Assembly: GCF_006345805.1 (NCBI RefSeq)
Contig: NC_043004.1
Coordinates: forward strand, 62,620,001-62,684,000
Source: Octopus sinensis
Taxonomy: Eukaryota
DNA length: 64,000 bases
Direction of reading: 5' to 3'
In this document: in pieces, positions 12,102-25,050 of the stretch
Numbering within the stretch: position 1 is the first letter of the stretch
Layout of the letters: the number at the start of each line of letters is the position of its first letter
The notes under the pieces: model-generated
What the model saw: the letters and a program-made list of their open reading frames with translations, nothing else
What the model was told of the DNA's origin: nothing
Databases searched by the model: none
Made by a program: the position numbers and the translations under genes

Positions 12102-12364
12102 TATATATATATATGTTATGAATATATCTATATGTATATATATATATGTATATATAGATATATATATATATATATATGTATGTATATATGTATATATATG
12201 TGTATGCATATATGTATATGTATATATATAATATATGTATATTATATATATATGTTATATATATATATTATATGTATAAATATATATGTATGTATATATA
12301 TGTATATATATATATTTATATATGTTATAATATATATTATGTATATATGTATATATGTTATATA

Positions 12365-12430
12365 TAATCCTTAAATCCTTAAAATGTTCTAGCCCGAGGC
12401 CGCGGCCATGCTGGGGGCACCACCGCTGAA
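12365..12430 (-). mobile_element. SINE-like 3' end sharing the GGTGC-CCAGCATGGCCGC box with family A but with an (AAGGATTT)n tail
   Basis: Direct sequence similarity to the family A 3' region. Confidence 0.45.
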
Positions 12431-12612
12431 TGAGCTACACTAGTTTGTGATCCACCTCTGATACGTGGCACTTGATCAACAAGGGAGTTCGATGCTGCTG
12501 CCCGATGCTGCTGCCCGCATATATATGTATATATATATATATATCTATATATTATATATATGTGATATATAATATGTATATATATTATGTATATATATTA
12601 TAATATAATATA

Positions 12613-12644
<32 letters not shown>

Positions 12645-12680
12645 ATACATATACATATATATATATATATATATATAATT

Positions 12681-12712
<32 letters not shown>

Positions 12713-13779
12713 ATATATATATAATCTTGAGAAAAATGCGCATCCTTGGTACTGTTGGCTATATTTGAGAAAAAGATGACTCACTGTAGTTCAATCATTT
12801 TAATTCATTAATTTTTAATTTTTTAATAATACTTATTTTACACTTCATTTCATACGTCTAGTAAGTTCTTTGTTAACTTGGATGGGGAGATTTTTTTTTT
12901 AAATTCCTCGTTGACGTTTCTGGACAACCCTGTCGCTTTCGTTGTCGGAGGGTTTGGGGCTTTGTCAATCAGTGTCGGAGTGCTAGTGTGTTGGTGCATA
13001 AGAGCTGAAAGAAAATTGTGAATGGTGATAAGCAACTTGAGTTGACTTGGTGGGATATTAAAGGGGTTTCTTGTGAAGGCATTTGAATTGCTGACATTTG
13101 GTGAGAAATATAACGGTTAAATGTTTCCCCAAATTCTTTCTCAGTAATATTTTATGTTTTAGGTGTGTGTCTAGGTTTGTGACGTAACTGAGGCGTAAGA
13201 TACTTGTCTTTTGATAAAAAATGTTTGTTGAAAGAAATGTTTTTCTTTTATATATTTTGGTCTGGCAGATTATGTTAGCTCACATATTTACTTACCTACA
13301 TATAATAAACAAAAGGTATATATGCATCACCTCTATCTCTTTCTCACTCTCTCTCTCCCTCTCTCTTTCTCTCTCTCTCTCTTGCCTAGGTTCATATAAT
13401 TCTCTAGGTTCATATAATTTTTGAATCTTAACTAATCCATATTCAGCATTTGAATTTACTCGCAAGTGTAAACATCACTTTAATCAAATGACAGGAATTC
13501 ATGTTCTGATTAATGCAGCGTAGTAAATTTCACATTTTGTTATAGTAAACTGAAGCAGTTACACGATGTTTGCTTTCCCTAATCAAACTGTCACGATGAT
13601 AACTATTACGGCAAGAAACCCAGGAATTAGGTAACAGATGCGATATATTACTCTCAGTCTTTTAATTAAGCTATGTTTAAAATGCTGATCAATATGTAAT
13701 AAATTAATTTGTATAAAGTATACTAGAAAATTTTTATATATTTCTTTTAATGTGTATTTATATATATATATATATGTAC

Positions 13780-13837
<58 letters not shown>

Positions 13838-14136
13838 TTCTAACTGTGTGCATATGTGTGTGCGTATGCATATGTGTGCCTGAGTGTAAATCCATTTAAC
13901 GAAAACCTAATGCTGTTTTCTTTACAATTTTTGCGCTTACTTAGGATTAAACACGGTTTCACATATGGCTGTTATTTCAGTGCATGGAAATATGGTGCCT
14001 TTATTCTCTCTGAAATTTCATGGTAATTATGTTGTGTGGGAAATGAAGCAAAAGAATGCAAACTGATCCTATCTTATTTTCGGATTTAAAATAAGTAATA
14101 AAGCAAAGGAAACTGTTTCCAACATTAATGGTGTAA

Positions 14137-14356
14137 GTAGGGTAGCGAATTGGTAGTATCGTTAGCGGCCGGGAAAAAATGCTTACGGAAATTTCATCCG
14201 CATTTACCTTCTGAGTTCAAATTCAACCGAGGTCGACTTTGACTTTTATCTTTTCGGTGTGCATAAAATAAGTACCAGACGAGTAATTGGCTGATGTAAC
14301 TGATTGCTCCCTTACCCGAATTTTCTGGCCTTGTGTCAAAATTTGAAACTAATATT
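14137..14356 (+). mobile_element. tRNA-headed SINE, family B
   Basis: GAGTTCAAATT..CCGAGGTCGACTTT...AAAATAAGTACCAG core shared with the other B copies. Confidence 0.75.
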
Positions 14357-15199
14357 AATGGCTTTCATTTCTGTACTTGATTTTAAGTATTCACTGAAAA
14401 ATCTACGCAGCAAAGATGCGTCGAGTGAATTTTAAGAGGGACTGAAACATTAAAAAATAATTAAATGTATGGCATTCTACAGTTGATTGACATATGTGTA
14501 CTACATACTAAAATAATTGGCAACTCAGCAGCTAGAATAATACCGTTACAAAACTGGACGGTGTGTTTCTCCGTAACAAATACAAAGCTGTTCTTAGTGA
14601 ATTGTAATGTGTGCTGAGAAAGCATTCTATACAAAAGGAAACGTTTTTGTATGCGTAGAAGAGGGAAAAAACGTAAAGCATGAAAAACCGTTCCCAACAC
14701 GATGCAGCATAAGATGAATACAATTAACATTCGTTTTTTTCTGCGAATGGAAACATCCGCTTGAATTTCTTGATCTCTAGCAAAGCAACCAATTCCTAGT
14801 ACTGGTAGAGAACTCTTTTAATTGTTGTGACAATTAAGATTTATTTTCCTAGGTTTTTAAGGAAATCAAAACAAGACTTTTGAGAGACTTCGTTCCACAA
14901 AATTTACACGAAATAACATTCTGTTTCGGGTGGATTTTGCAGTGTAGGTTAGAACATATTGTTATTCTTTCTCACACACATATCTAGATCATACACACGC
15001 ACAAAGATACATATACACACAAACACATCTTTATATTTAACTTTAAATTCAGGGTACATAACGATATATTAAAAACATATCTTTACTATATATCATCATA
15101 ATTTTCTTAAAGCAGGTTTATGTGTAGCACATATTATCCATAAACTTTTATTTATCGAAAGATATCGATGACAAATTCTGTGAGAGATATTTGCATTTG

Positions 15200-15596
15200 T
15201 TTACTGTCACATGTCGTGGCACTCCGTCTGTTACGACATCGAAGATACCAGCTGATCCGATGAACGGAACAGTCTGCTCGTGAAATTAACATGTAAATAG
15301 CTGAGCACTCCACACACACGTATACTCTTAACGTAGTGTTCGAGGAGATTCAGCGTGACACAGAGTGTGACAATGCTGGCCATTTGAATTACAGATACAA
15401 CAGAAACAGAGAGAAAGGGTGAGAGGACGTTGCGGTGATGGATTACAGCAGGGTTCGCCAGCATAGCTTTTGGAGACTCGTGGAGCTTTAGGTGTTTTCG
15501 CTCAATAAACACTCACAATGCCCGGTCTGGAAATCGAAACCGCGATCCCACCTCCGCAAGTCTGTTGCTCTAACCACTGGGCCATTGCGCCTCCAC
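15200..15596 (-). mobile_element. tRNA-headed SINE, family C
   Basis: Minus-strand head GTGGAGGCGCAATGGCCCAGTGGTTAG...GGTTTCGATTTCC; body shared with 52640-52969. Confidence 0.8.
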
Positions 15597-16518
15597 ACTG
15601 TCACTTGTATGTAGCATATACATTAATAATTGCATACATAATTGGTAGAACGTATGTAATGCAGCTCTCTGAATGTTATCATTGCCTATGCATTTCAGTC
15701 AAACCAATAACTCGCTGAAGAGAATAAAAGGATATTCTTTTTATTTTATTTCCTCTAGGAAACATTAAAAGAAATGTCTAAAAACGCTTAACACTTCTTT
15801 ATTTCACGTTTGCTTATCAGAGATTTAAAAATAAAAAAGTTTGACAGCCAAGATTTATGGTAAGCGTAGTTTGATAATATCGTGTTATCAGTTTGAGCCA
15901 AGCTAAGATCAATGATATTGGTTTAGGATGGATACAGAAAACAATATCCAGATTTTGCATTTATATTACTTTGATAGACTTACTAAATATCAAGAAATAT
16001 ATTAAGCTATAATTGTCCAGATGAGCTTCTGTTACAGCCCATGAAAAATATAGAAAGAAATATTATAGTTTATATATAAGCTAGTAACCTGAGTCATGAT
16101 TAAGGAATAATTAAATCATTCTCCAGCTAGGGAAACTTATGCTGTCAAACTAAGTTTACCTTGCATTCTAAATAAGAAAACGCATCTGTACCGCAAACTA
16201 TAAACAAGAAAGAAAAGAACAGCTTGATTAGCGAAAGAGATAAAATTTAGATAGATACAATGGATTTCGTTTTTCAGAGATTTTCTTCGTCGATCAAAGA
16301 GTAATTTTTTATATCTTAGTTAATCATGCACTTTCAAAAAATGCTATATTTATAGAAAGTTACATCGATATCAAGTTATCAGAAGCTATCTTCGACGGAA
16401 TAAGGAAGCCTACAACTGCTTGAAATTAGTCAAAAAAGAAGAAAATATGTCTGAAAATTATGTAACAGGTCAACTATTTTGTTTTCTTACATTTTTAGTT
16501 CTACTCGTATATACATAG

Positions 16519-16550
<32 letters not shown>

Positions 16551-16626
16551 AATTATATTATATTATATATATATGTGTGTGTGTATGTATGTATACATAT
16601 ATATATATATAATAACTATATATATA

Positions 16627-16659
<33 letters not shown>

Positions 16660-17596
16660 CATACGTACATATATAAATACATATATATACATGTAATTAA
16701 GTTATATATATATATATAAGTATATATAGATGTGTGTACATAGACATTATATATATATATATATATTGAAGTGAAAAGAAATGACGTATGACTGCGGTAA
16801 TGGATGGATTCATATATATAGAGTTACAGATTGATAGGCAGATAGAAATATATACTTCTACCTCTTCTCATACACGCATGAAATCATGCATAAATATGCG
16901 TTTTTTACTTTGTGGGGGGAGGTGATATTCTCGAGTATATTCCTGAATGTATCATCTTTTCGAGTGTATGCTAGTTATTAAACTCTTGTGTTGCTTTATC
17001 TTTACAACTATTTGTAAAGTTTATTTTAAGTAAATTCTGGGCAAGCTTTTTAAGCGGTTAGATCATTTTTTTAATTGCTGATTAACCAGAAAATGCTTGC
17101 AATAATTAATGCAGACGATATCTTAGGTATTTACAGGTATTCTTCCAAGACACTGTATTTGGTTGTTTCCTCTATTCTGACTGACGTTTCCTCACAGCTG
17201 ATATTCTTTTACAGAAGCAAATTATCTGGAGAAATGCCAGGTTTTTGTTTTTTTTGTTTCTTTGAAAACTTAAACAAGAAGCATTAAATGAAATGCGTGT
17301 TGCTCTAAGCAATATTTATTTTCAAGCATCTCACATTTCGGGATGCTGCAAATTATCCTTTGGCTCAATATTCTATTTTGTTCTTGTTTATCATTTCATA
17401 TGTGTTTATACGTGCATACATGTGTAAGTGAACGTAATTTTTCAGTAATTGTAGGTTTGAAAGTCATATGTGATTGTGTTTGAAAGGTATATGTCTGCCT
17501 ATTGAGTGATGTAGGTTAGGAAATACTGCTTTGATTGCAAAATACAGGAATTTCAGTTTTCTTAGGTCGCTAATATTTTAAGTCAGTTATAAGCAT

Positions 17597-17766
17597 AGGC
17601 GTAGGAGTGGCTGTGTGGTAAGAAGCTTGTTTACCAACCACATGGTTTCGGGTTCAGCCCCACTGCGTGGCACCTTGGGCAAGTGTTTTCTACTATAGCC
17701 TCGGGCCGACCAAGCCTTGTGAGTGGATTTGGTAGACGGAAACTGAAAGAAGCCGTCGTATATATG

Positions 17767-17800
<34 letters not shown>

Positions 17801-18060
17801 ATATATATTATATAATATGCGTGTGTGTGTTGGTGTGTCTGTGTTTGTCCCCCTAGCATTGCTTGACAACCGATGCTGGTGTGTTTATGTCCCCGTTACT
17901 TAGCGGTTCGGCAAAAGAGACCGATAGAATAAGTACTGGGCTTACAAAAGAATAAGTCCCGGGGTCGAGTTGCTCGATTAAAGGCGGTGCTCCAGCATGG
18001 CCGCAGTGAAATGACTGAAACAAGTAAAAGAGTAAAAGAGTAAAAAAGAGTAAAGAGTAA
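17597..18060 (+). mobile_element. SINE family A
   Basis: Full-length copy with an extended (GTAAAAGA)n tail. Confidence 0.9.
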
Positions 18061-18124
18061 GGCTATTTTGGCGAAAATTTACAGCTGTGCGTCACACGCG
18101 TCTGGATATTAATTGTAATATTAA

Positions 18125-18310
18125 TTGTAAATATTGCTTCGAAATTTGGGTTTAAGGCTAGTAATTTCGTGGATAGGTGGAGCACATCCTGTACATCGAC
18201 ACTGGTCCTAGACTGGTACTTATTTTATCGACACCGAAAGGATGAGCGGCAAAATCAACCACAGCAGAATTAAGAACAAGAACGTAAAGGTGAAGAAATT
18301 GCTTCTAGGT
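18125..18310 (-). mobile_element. SINE family B, old copy
   Basis: CTGGTACTTATTTTATCGAC.CCGAAAGGATGA core. Confidence 0.65.
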
Positions 18311-19446
18311 GCCTTGCAGAGCTGAATGATTTATTGTACGTTAATAATGCTGAGATAATTGTCTATGTGACAATTTGACTCAAGACGATCTTGTGACGTT
18401 CAAATACACTGAGCCTTGTTTGGGAAAAATATTCTAAATATATACTAGATTTTAAAGTGAATTTCATTCAATATATTTAAGAGCTACGTCAGCTACGTGG
18501 AGGACTTCAAAGTAAACAACGTCAGAAAAACCTAAGTTATGGCGTATATGTGTTTGTTTGACATGTTGCAAATACTATCCCACTTAGCTTGAATTCTATT
18601 TAAAGTTACTACAAATTATGAACAATTGAATAATGCCTTCTAAATACAGGATCTGCGTTTGGATTTGAAGTGATGAGTACTTTAGTTGGATTGCTTTTGG
18701 TCATAGGATTCATTAATAACTTATGTACTGGAACTAAAAGATATTTGTTTTCCTATTTTTGTGCTACACATACATGCATAAATATATACCTGCATACGTA
18801 CATAACTACATACATGTATGCATCCATCCACCTATCCGTCCAGCCATCCATCCATCCATCCATTCATCCATACATACATACTTACGTACGCTTCGCAATT
18901 AAGTTGTGCAATTTCCAATGACAGGAATGGGTTTTGGTCTACTTCGTTTCGCCATTATCACTATAATGCTAATGCATTGCATGTGATTTTATCATATTCA
19001 CAATTGGGTCAGGAAACTGAGTTATCATTGGTTTCATTGTATTTATTCCTATACTTTGAAAATGAAAGATCAAATACATAAAGTCCATTATTTAAAACAA
19101 TACTAACTGGAATGTCAATATTTTGTAATGGAACATTTCATGGTATATTTTGTGGTATATTTTATTTGGTCAATTTCTGAGTTAATTTTTGTTTTCACCC
19201 GAGAAACATTCTAATTCAAGAGAGACTACATAAAAACGAAATTAAAGTCAATGGTTCGTGGCCCCATCACGGCGTAAATGACTGGAATATCTTAGTCACT
19301 ATCAATACTAATCTTGTTTGAGAATAATATATTGGGCTTCTAGAAATGTATAGCTGGAATTGTAACTGAACATACTAATCTATCATTCTATCTATCTATC
19401 TATTTATCTGTCTGTATGTCTGCCTCTCTGTCTGTGTATATGTATG

Positions 19447-19499
<53 letters not shown>

Positions 19500-19517
19500 A
19501 TATATATATATATATAT

Positions 19518-20052
19518 CATCACAATCAAGGAACGGCCATAATAGGCCATTCACCCACTAGAAATAACAGCCAAAGCTTCAACCGCAAAACAACATTAAT
19601 TCCGCAAACCAGGAGAAAATAAAAAAAACATTTACCCTGTAATTTCTTATACGATGCACCGTTTCATCTATTGTTTAATCGTAAACTAACCTGATTAAAT
19701 TAAATCGAGCCAATCTTCCATAGGCCGCTAGATTACTGACGAATCTAGCGGCCTATGGAAGATTGGCTTGATTTAATTTAATCAGGTTAGTTACCATTAA
19801 ACAATAGATGAAACGGTGCATCGTATAAGAAATTACAGGGTAAATGTTTTTTAATTTTCTCCTGGTTTGCGGAATTAATGTTGTTTTGCGGTGAAAGCTT
19901 TGGCTGTTATTTCTAGTGGGTGAATGGCCTATTATGGCCGTTCCTTGATTGTGATGTGAACTTATAAATGGTCTATGACTATTTAATTTTTTCCCACTAG
20001 GCCGCTGGTGGCAAAAAAATTCTACGAAATTTTTTGCCACCCTATATTGATC

Positions 20053-20055
<3 letters not shown>
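19518..20055 (+). repeat. Diverged relative of the 472-bp unit, with a fold-back palindrome of about 215 bp per arm
   Basis: Arms 19518-19734 and 19742-19956, loop ACTGACG. Shares AGATTGGCTT.ATTTAATTTAAT, AGGGTAAATGTTTTT and ACTATTT...TTCC.C.AGGCCGCTGGT.GC with the array. Confidence 0.9.
19733..19828 (+). ncRNA. Type I HHR with an intact core
   Basis: UUA-CUGACGA-AUCUA...UAGAU-GAA-ACGGUGCAUCGU-A/UAA. Predicted cleavage after 19825; stem I is cut to 3 bp by the inversion junction. Confidence 0.8.
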
Positions 20056-20146
<91 letters not shown>

Positions 20147-20210
20147 CATATATATATTATATATATATATGTATGTATGTATCAAAAGAAAAACAGGACC
20201 AAAGGATTCT

Positions 20211-20296
20211 GCGGTACATATGTTCGGGCTTTATTGAACAACTTATATCAATACATAATTGATATAACAGGTAAGTCAAATGCCTTCTTCAGCCGC
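20211..20296 (-). ncRNA. Type I HHR motif with a damaged GAAA
   Basis: GCGG-CUGAAGA-A-GGC...[10-bp hairpin UUAUAUCAAU/AUUGAUAUAA]...GCC-CGA-ACAUAUGU-A/CCGC. Stem I is 4 bp and stem III is a perfect palindrome. Confidence 0.6.
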
Positions 20297-20397
20297 GTAC
20301 AATTACCACGCTAAGGACATATATCACATTATAGCAGGTTTGAGAAAAAGTTAGGGAAAAAACCGAGTTTCATTGGGAAAGTAACTCCTCATAGGCG

Positions 20398-20469
<72 letters not shown>

Positions 20470-20918
20470 CTCAGACATGCACCCACATGGAGGCAGAGGT
20501 ACACACACATACACATAAAAACTCGAACATACAAACATATGAATATGCAGAATACGTACAAACATATACACATACATTAATATATACATACGCACACAAA
20601 CATACATGCATGCACACTTCCATGCATACATACATACATACATACAAACGTACATACATACATACATACATGTGTGTGCGCACAGACTCACCTACACACA
20701 TGCGCTCAAACAAACTAACAGAACGCAGCTTAAATAACGGTCAGAATCAACAACTATTGATAAGGTTGCAAGACGGAGCGAAAATGTTAGGAAAAGAAGT
20801 ATATGAGTGGAAATTTTAGCGGTGAGTGTATTTAACTATAAGGCAGTAAAATAGAATAACTTAAATCAGATAAAGAGTATATATATATATATTATAATAT
20901 ATATATATATATATATAA

Positions 20919-22600
20919 GGTTAATCCAAACGGGAAAACAGAAAAAAAAACAACAACACGTGGAACAATTACAGTATTATTATTATTAGGCGCTCAGGAA
21001 AATGGAAGAAGGAGGTCATGACGTTTCGAGCGGAGCTCTTCGTCGGAAACATAAGAGAAAGAAAGAAAGATCCCGAGACGGGAGGACAGAGGAAAAAAAA
21101 TTGCAGGTCGTCTTCACGAGGTCACATACTGAAAAGACGGAAGTAGTAAAAAAGGAGGAAAATGTTTTTTAAAAACAGGAGAGCTGAATCAATGAGGGAA
21201 TGGTAAAAAAGGTGTTGCGAGATGACGGTGTGTGTGTGTGAGTGTGCGTGTGTGTGTATGTGTGTGTATGGTGGACAATGGCTAGTAGCAAGCAGTAGGT
21301 AGAATTAAAGGAGGTGATGTGGGGGTACCCTAGCAAGTCGGAAAGGCAGATCAGAAACAGGGAGGTATGTGTGTGTGCGTGTGTATGTATGTGTGAGTGT
21401 GTGCGTGTGTGTATGTGTGTGTGAGGCGTGATAAAAAAACAGAAAATATGTATATGTTAGTGCGTGCGGGGCGGGAAGGGTGGGGGCGTATGTAAACGTG
21501 CCAGTGTGTGTGTTGAGTGGTAGTGTTTGTATATGTCCAGCGTGCAGTGGGTGGAGTTGTGTGGTGGCAAGTAAATTGAAGTGTGTGTAAGTGTAATGTG
21601 TATATATATGCAAATGTGGTGTGTGAGTGGGTGTGTGTATGTGTGTGCGTGTGTGTACAAAAAGGGGGGGGGTTAAGGGAAAAAGAACTGCAACGAAGGG
21701 GGGGGAGAGGAGGGGGAAGATGGAAGAGTGGTACCGCGGCGACGGGCGTGGGAGAACACAAAGACAACGCGCCGGCCCCAGATACGGACAGGAGATCCGG
21801 TCGGTCAACCATGAGCGTGGTGCAATCGTGCGTGTATGCGTGCGCGAACGCGCACAAGCGAGCATGTGCGCGCGCCTGCGATTGCGTGTGTGAGTATGTA
21901 TGTGTGTGGATGTGTGAGTGTGTCTGTGTGTAAGTCTGAGTGTCGGTGTGTCCGATGAATGTATGTAAGTATGTGTGTGTGTATATGTGTGTGTATAGAT
22001 GTATGTCCGTGTGTGTGTGTGTGTGTGTATGAGTGTGTATGTATGTACGTGTGTGTGTGTGGAAGTGTGTGTATGTGCATGTGTGTGCGCGTACATGCAG
22101 GTGTGTGAGTGAGTGTGTGTGTGTATGTGTGTGAGTGTGTATGTCTGTGTGTGTAGGATGCATGTATGTGTATGGGTTTATGTATGTGTGTGTGTATGTA
22201 TGTATGTGTACGTGCGTGTGTGTGCATGTATGCGTACATGCGTGTAGGTGTGCGCGTGTGCGTGCATGCATGCGTGTGAGTATGTGTGTGTGTGTGTGTG
22301 TGCATGTGTGTAGGTATATATGTATGTGCGTATATGTGTGTGCATGTGCGTACATGTGTGTGTGTATGCATGTGTGTGTATGTAGGTGTGTAGGCGTGTG
22401 TGTATAGGTGTATGTATGTAAGTATGTATGGGTGTGTCCGTGTATGTGTGTGTATGCATGTGTGTGTATGTAGGTGTGTAGGCGTGTTTGTGGGGTGCGT
22501 GTATGTGTGCGTGCATGTGTGCGTGTGCGTGTATATGTTGGTGTGTGTATGTGTATGTGAGTGTTGAGTGTGGGTGTTTGTCATGCATGTGTGGCGCGTG
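20919..22600 (-). mobile_element. PLE pseudo-LTR (20919-21300) with a minimal HHR at 21018-21050, plus a long CA-rich 3' region
   Basis: Minus strand CCGACGA-A-GAGC-ucc-GCUC-GAA-ACGU-C; clearly homologous to, but diverged from, 26400-26618. Confidence 0.7.
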
Positions 22601-22637
22601 CAGGCGAATATATATACATATATATATATAATGTGTA

Positions 22638-22713
<76 letters not shown>

Positions 22714-22766
22714 GTGTATAATATATATATATATTATATATATATATATATATTATATATAATGTG

Positions 22767-22806
<40 letters not shown>

Positions 22807-22818
22807 TATATATAATAT

Positions 22819-22912
<94 letters not shown>

Positions 22913-22936
22913 TATATATTATATATATATATGTAT

Positions 22937-22974
<38 letters not shown>

Positions 22975-23009
22975 CATATATATATTATGTATATATATAT
23001 ATATTTGTG

Positions 23010-24142
23010 TGTGTAGTAATTATGAGAATTGGTGTTTGGGGGCGTATCTCACCTCCAAACAATTTGTCGCTGTTGTAAGTGAATAGGTTTTGTTTTCTTT
23101 TTTTCAAAATAATTGTGAGAATTATTGTTTGGGAGGAGTGTCTCGCCCTCGAAGAAAGAACAACTTGTTTACCAGCTTTTGTGGAAGCTGTGGCGTTCCG
23201 GGTGCGAATTGGAGTACCTTTGGCGTGGAATACCTAGTGGCCGGAAGATTTATTTGTTTGCTATTTTTTAGCACTGTTGACTGTTTTCTTTCCTTCTATC
23301 TTTTCTTTTGTGACTTCCTTTTTTTCTTGAACTGTTTTCTTTTTTTCTTCCTTCATTTTTGTTGAAACTTTCTTTTGATTTCTTTCTTTTTCGTCCTTCT
23401 TTTTTCGAATTTTATATTGAACTGCCTTTGAACTTTTTTTACAAAAAACGAAAATACGGCAAAGAAAGAGGACAATGTTTCGGAGTGGGAAATTATGCAA
23501 CCCGAACAATGGATGATAGATTTTGAAGGAAAGACTTACTCCAGTCGCTCAACACCATCGCCCTATTCCAAAAGACTGTTATTGAAAGGGGGTTGGCAGA
23601 CTATCTGCTAACTATTCAATTCATCTCCAGGGTATCAAATATGCAATGGCGTTGTTGCTATTTGACACCCCTGAGAAGGCTCGCAAATTTGCAAGCCTGC
23701 CCTTGGAGGTCAGAGTGATTTTGTTTCTTCCCACAATATGTGGGAAGAAGTTAACAAGACCTTGGGTCTGCGGGTTGCCACGCAGGATAGAATCCGAGTG
23801 GATAGAGGAGACTATCCACTCGAGGCGTGGGTTGCAGCGGAGCCAAGCTCCTCAGTGTGAAAATTTTGTCCGCGGCTGATTGGGTTGGTTGAAAAGATGT
23901 TTTGACCCTGTGGACACAATCAGCCAAGAATCTGGTTTTTCCAGATCTTCTGAAACTGGTCGCGTGCAGCTACCCGGTGATTCTTGAGGGTCGTCCCTCC
24001 CAGGCGTCATTGGTGCCTGGTGCTTGGCCATATAAAGAAAAAAACTGTCCCCAGAAACAAACTAAGATCCTGGAGCAGTTGACAGAGACCTCCGTAGATG
24101 AGGAGAAAAGGCTGCCGAGAAGGCGGATGACTCCTCAAAGAA
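23010..24142 (+). mobile_element. 5' UTR plus ORF1 relic of a Tx1/L1-like LINE
   Basis: RRM-like ALLLFDTPEKARKF, and ILEGRP(P)R[C>R]HWCLVLGHIKKNCP, a CX2CX4HX4C knuckle at 24005-24048 once two frameshifts and one substitution are corrected. Confidence 0.55.
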
Positions 24143-25050
24143 GGGCCATCTCTCTTAGCATCGACCACCCCTCCCACTCTCTCACCACCTCCACCTCCTT
24201 CAAACCCACGGATTTCACCTCTAGCTCAACTTCTCCTCCTCCCATCCCTTCCACACCAAACGGGCCATCCACTACTCCCAGTTCCTCCGCCTCCGACGCT
24301 TGTGCAGCCGCGACCAGGATTTCGAGACGCAGTCTTAGTACCTGGCCCGCCTGTTCAGGCAACGAGGATACTCCCCAACCCTGGTCTTGAACGCCCTTGC
24401 CCGCGCTCGTCGCATCGACCGCACCACAATTCTCCTTCCTCTCCCCAACCCCCTAACCGCACCCCCTTTCCCCTCATTTTCCACCCCTCCACTCTACCCC
24501 TTCGTCGGAGGATACTACGTGTCTTCCGTCGTCTCCAGCTCGATCCCACGACCCGCCCTATTTTCCCCAACGCACCCTTGTTCTCCTTCAAACGAGCCCG
24601 GAATCTACGCGATCTCCTGGTCCGTAGCACCCTCTCCTCTTCCCCCTCAGCCCCACATGGATCCTTCCCGTGCTCCAGATCCCGCTGCAACACCTGCCCC
24701 TTCATCACCAACACTACTGCTGTCACCGGCTCCAACCAGCGAACTGTACGTATTAGACATTCTTTACGTGCACTTCGTCTGGTCTTATATATTGCATAAA
24801 ATGCAACCTCTGCGGGATGTTTTATGTAGGACAGATGTTTTATGTAGCCGGTTGGCCGACCAGTTCCCCGAACTTCTAAGGCATATCCGGCTGCGTTCCA
24901 ATTCTTCCGTCGCCCGCCACTTCTGTGTTTGGTCTCGCCCCACACAACGGACCTCCACAATACAGGCTTCACTTGGAGCAACGGTTTATTTTCACTTTAC
25001 AGACTAATACCCGCACGGTCTCACACAGCCCCCTCCTCTTATTGACTGCG
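24143..25050 (+). mobile_element. 5'-truncated PLE (Cys-rich linker, Neptune-like): RT thumb plus GIY-YIG
   Basis: TSFKPTD, SSSHPFHTKRAIHYSQFLRLRRLCS, FKRARNLRDLLVRS, GSFPCSRSRCNTCPF, TCTSSGLIYCIKCNLCGMFYVGQ and RLADQFPELLRHIR..SVARHF. Confidence 0.9.

Noticed and set aside
12905-12960. Minus-strand ...GAAACGUC with a possible CGAC/GUUG stem II
   Set aside because: The core box is too degenerate to call.
14460-14730. Exon candidate with a strong acceptor (ECFLSTHYNSLRTAL..., OTU-like HYNSL)
   Set aside because: The motif is too short, two frames are open and there is no supporting neighbour exon.
18670-18740. Signal-peptide-like MSTLVGLLLVIGFINNLCTG
   Set aside because: No suitable splice donor and the ORF runs into a microsatellite.
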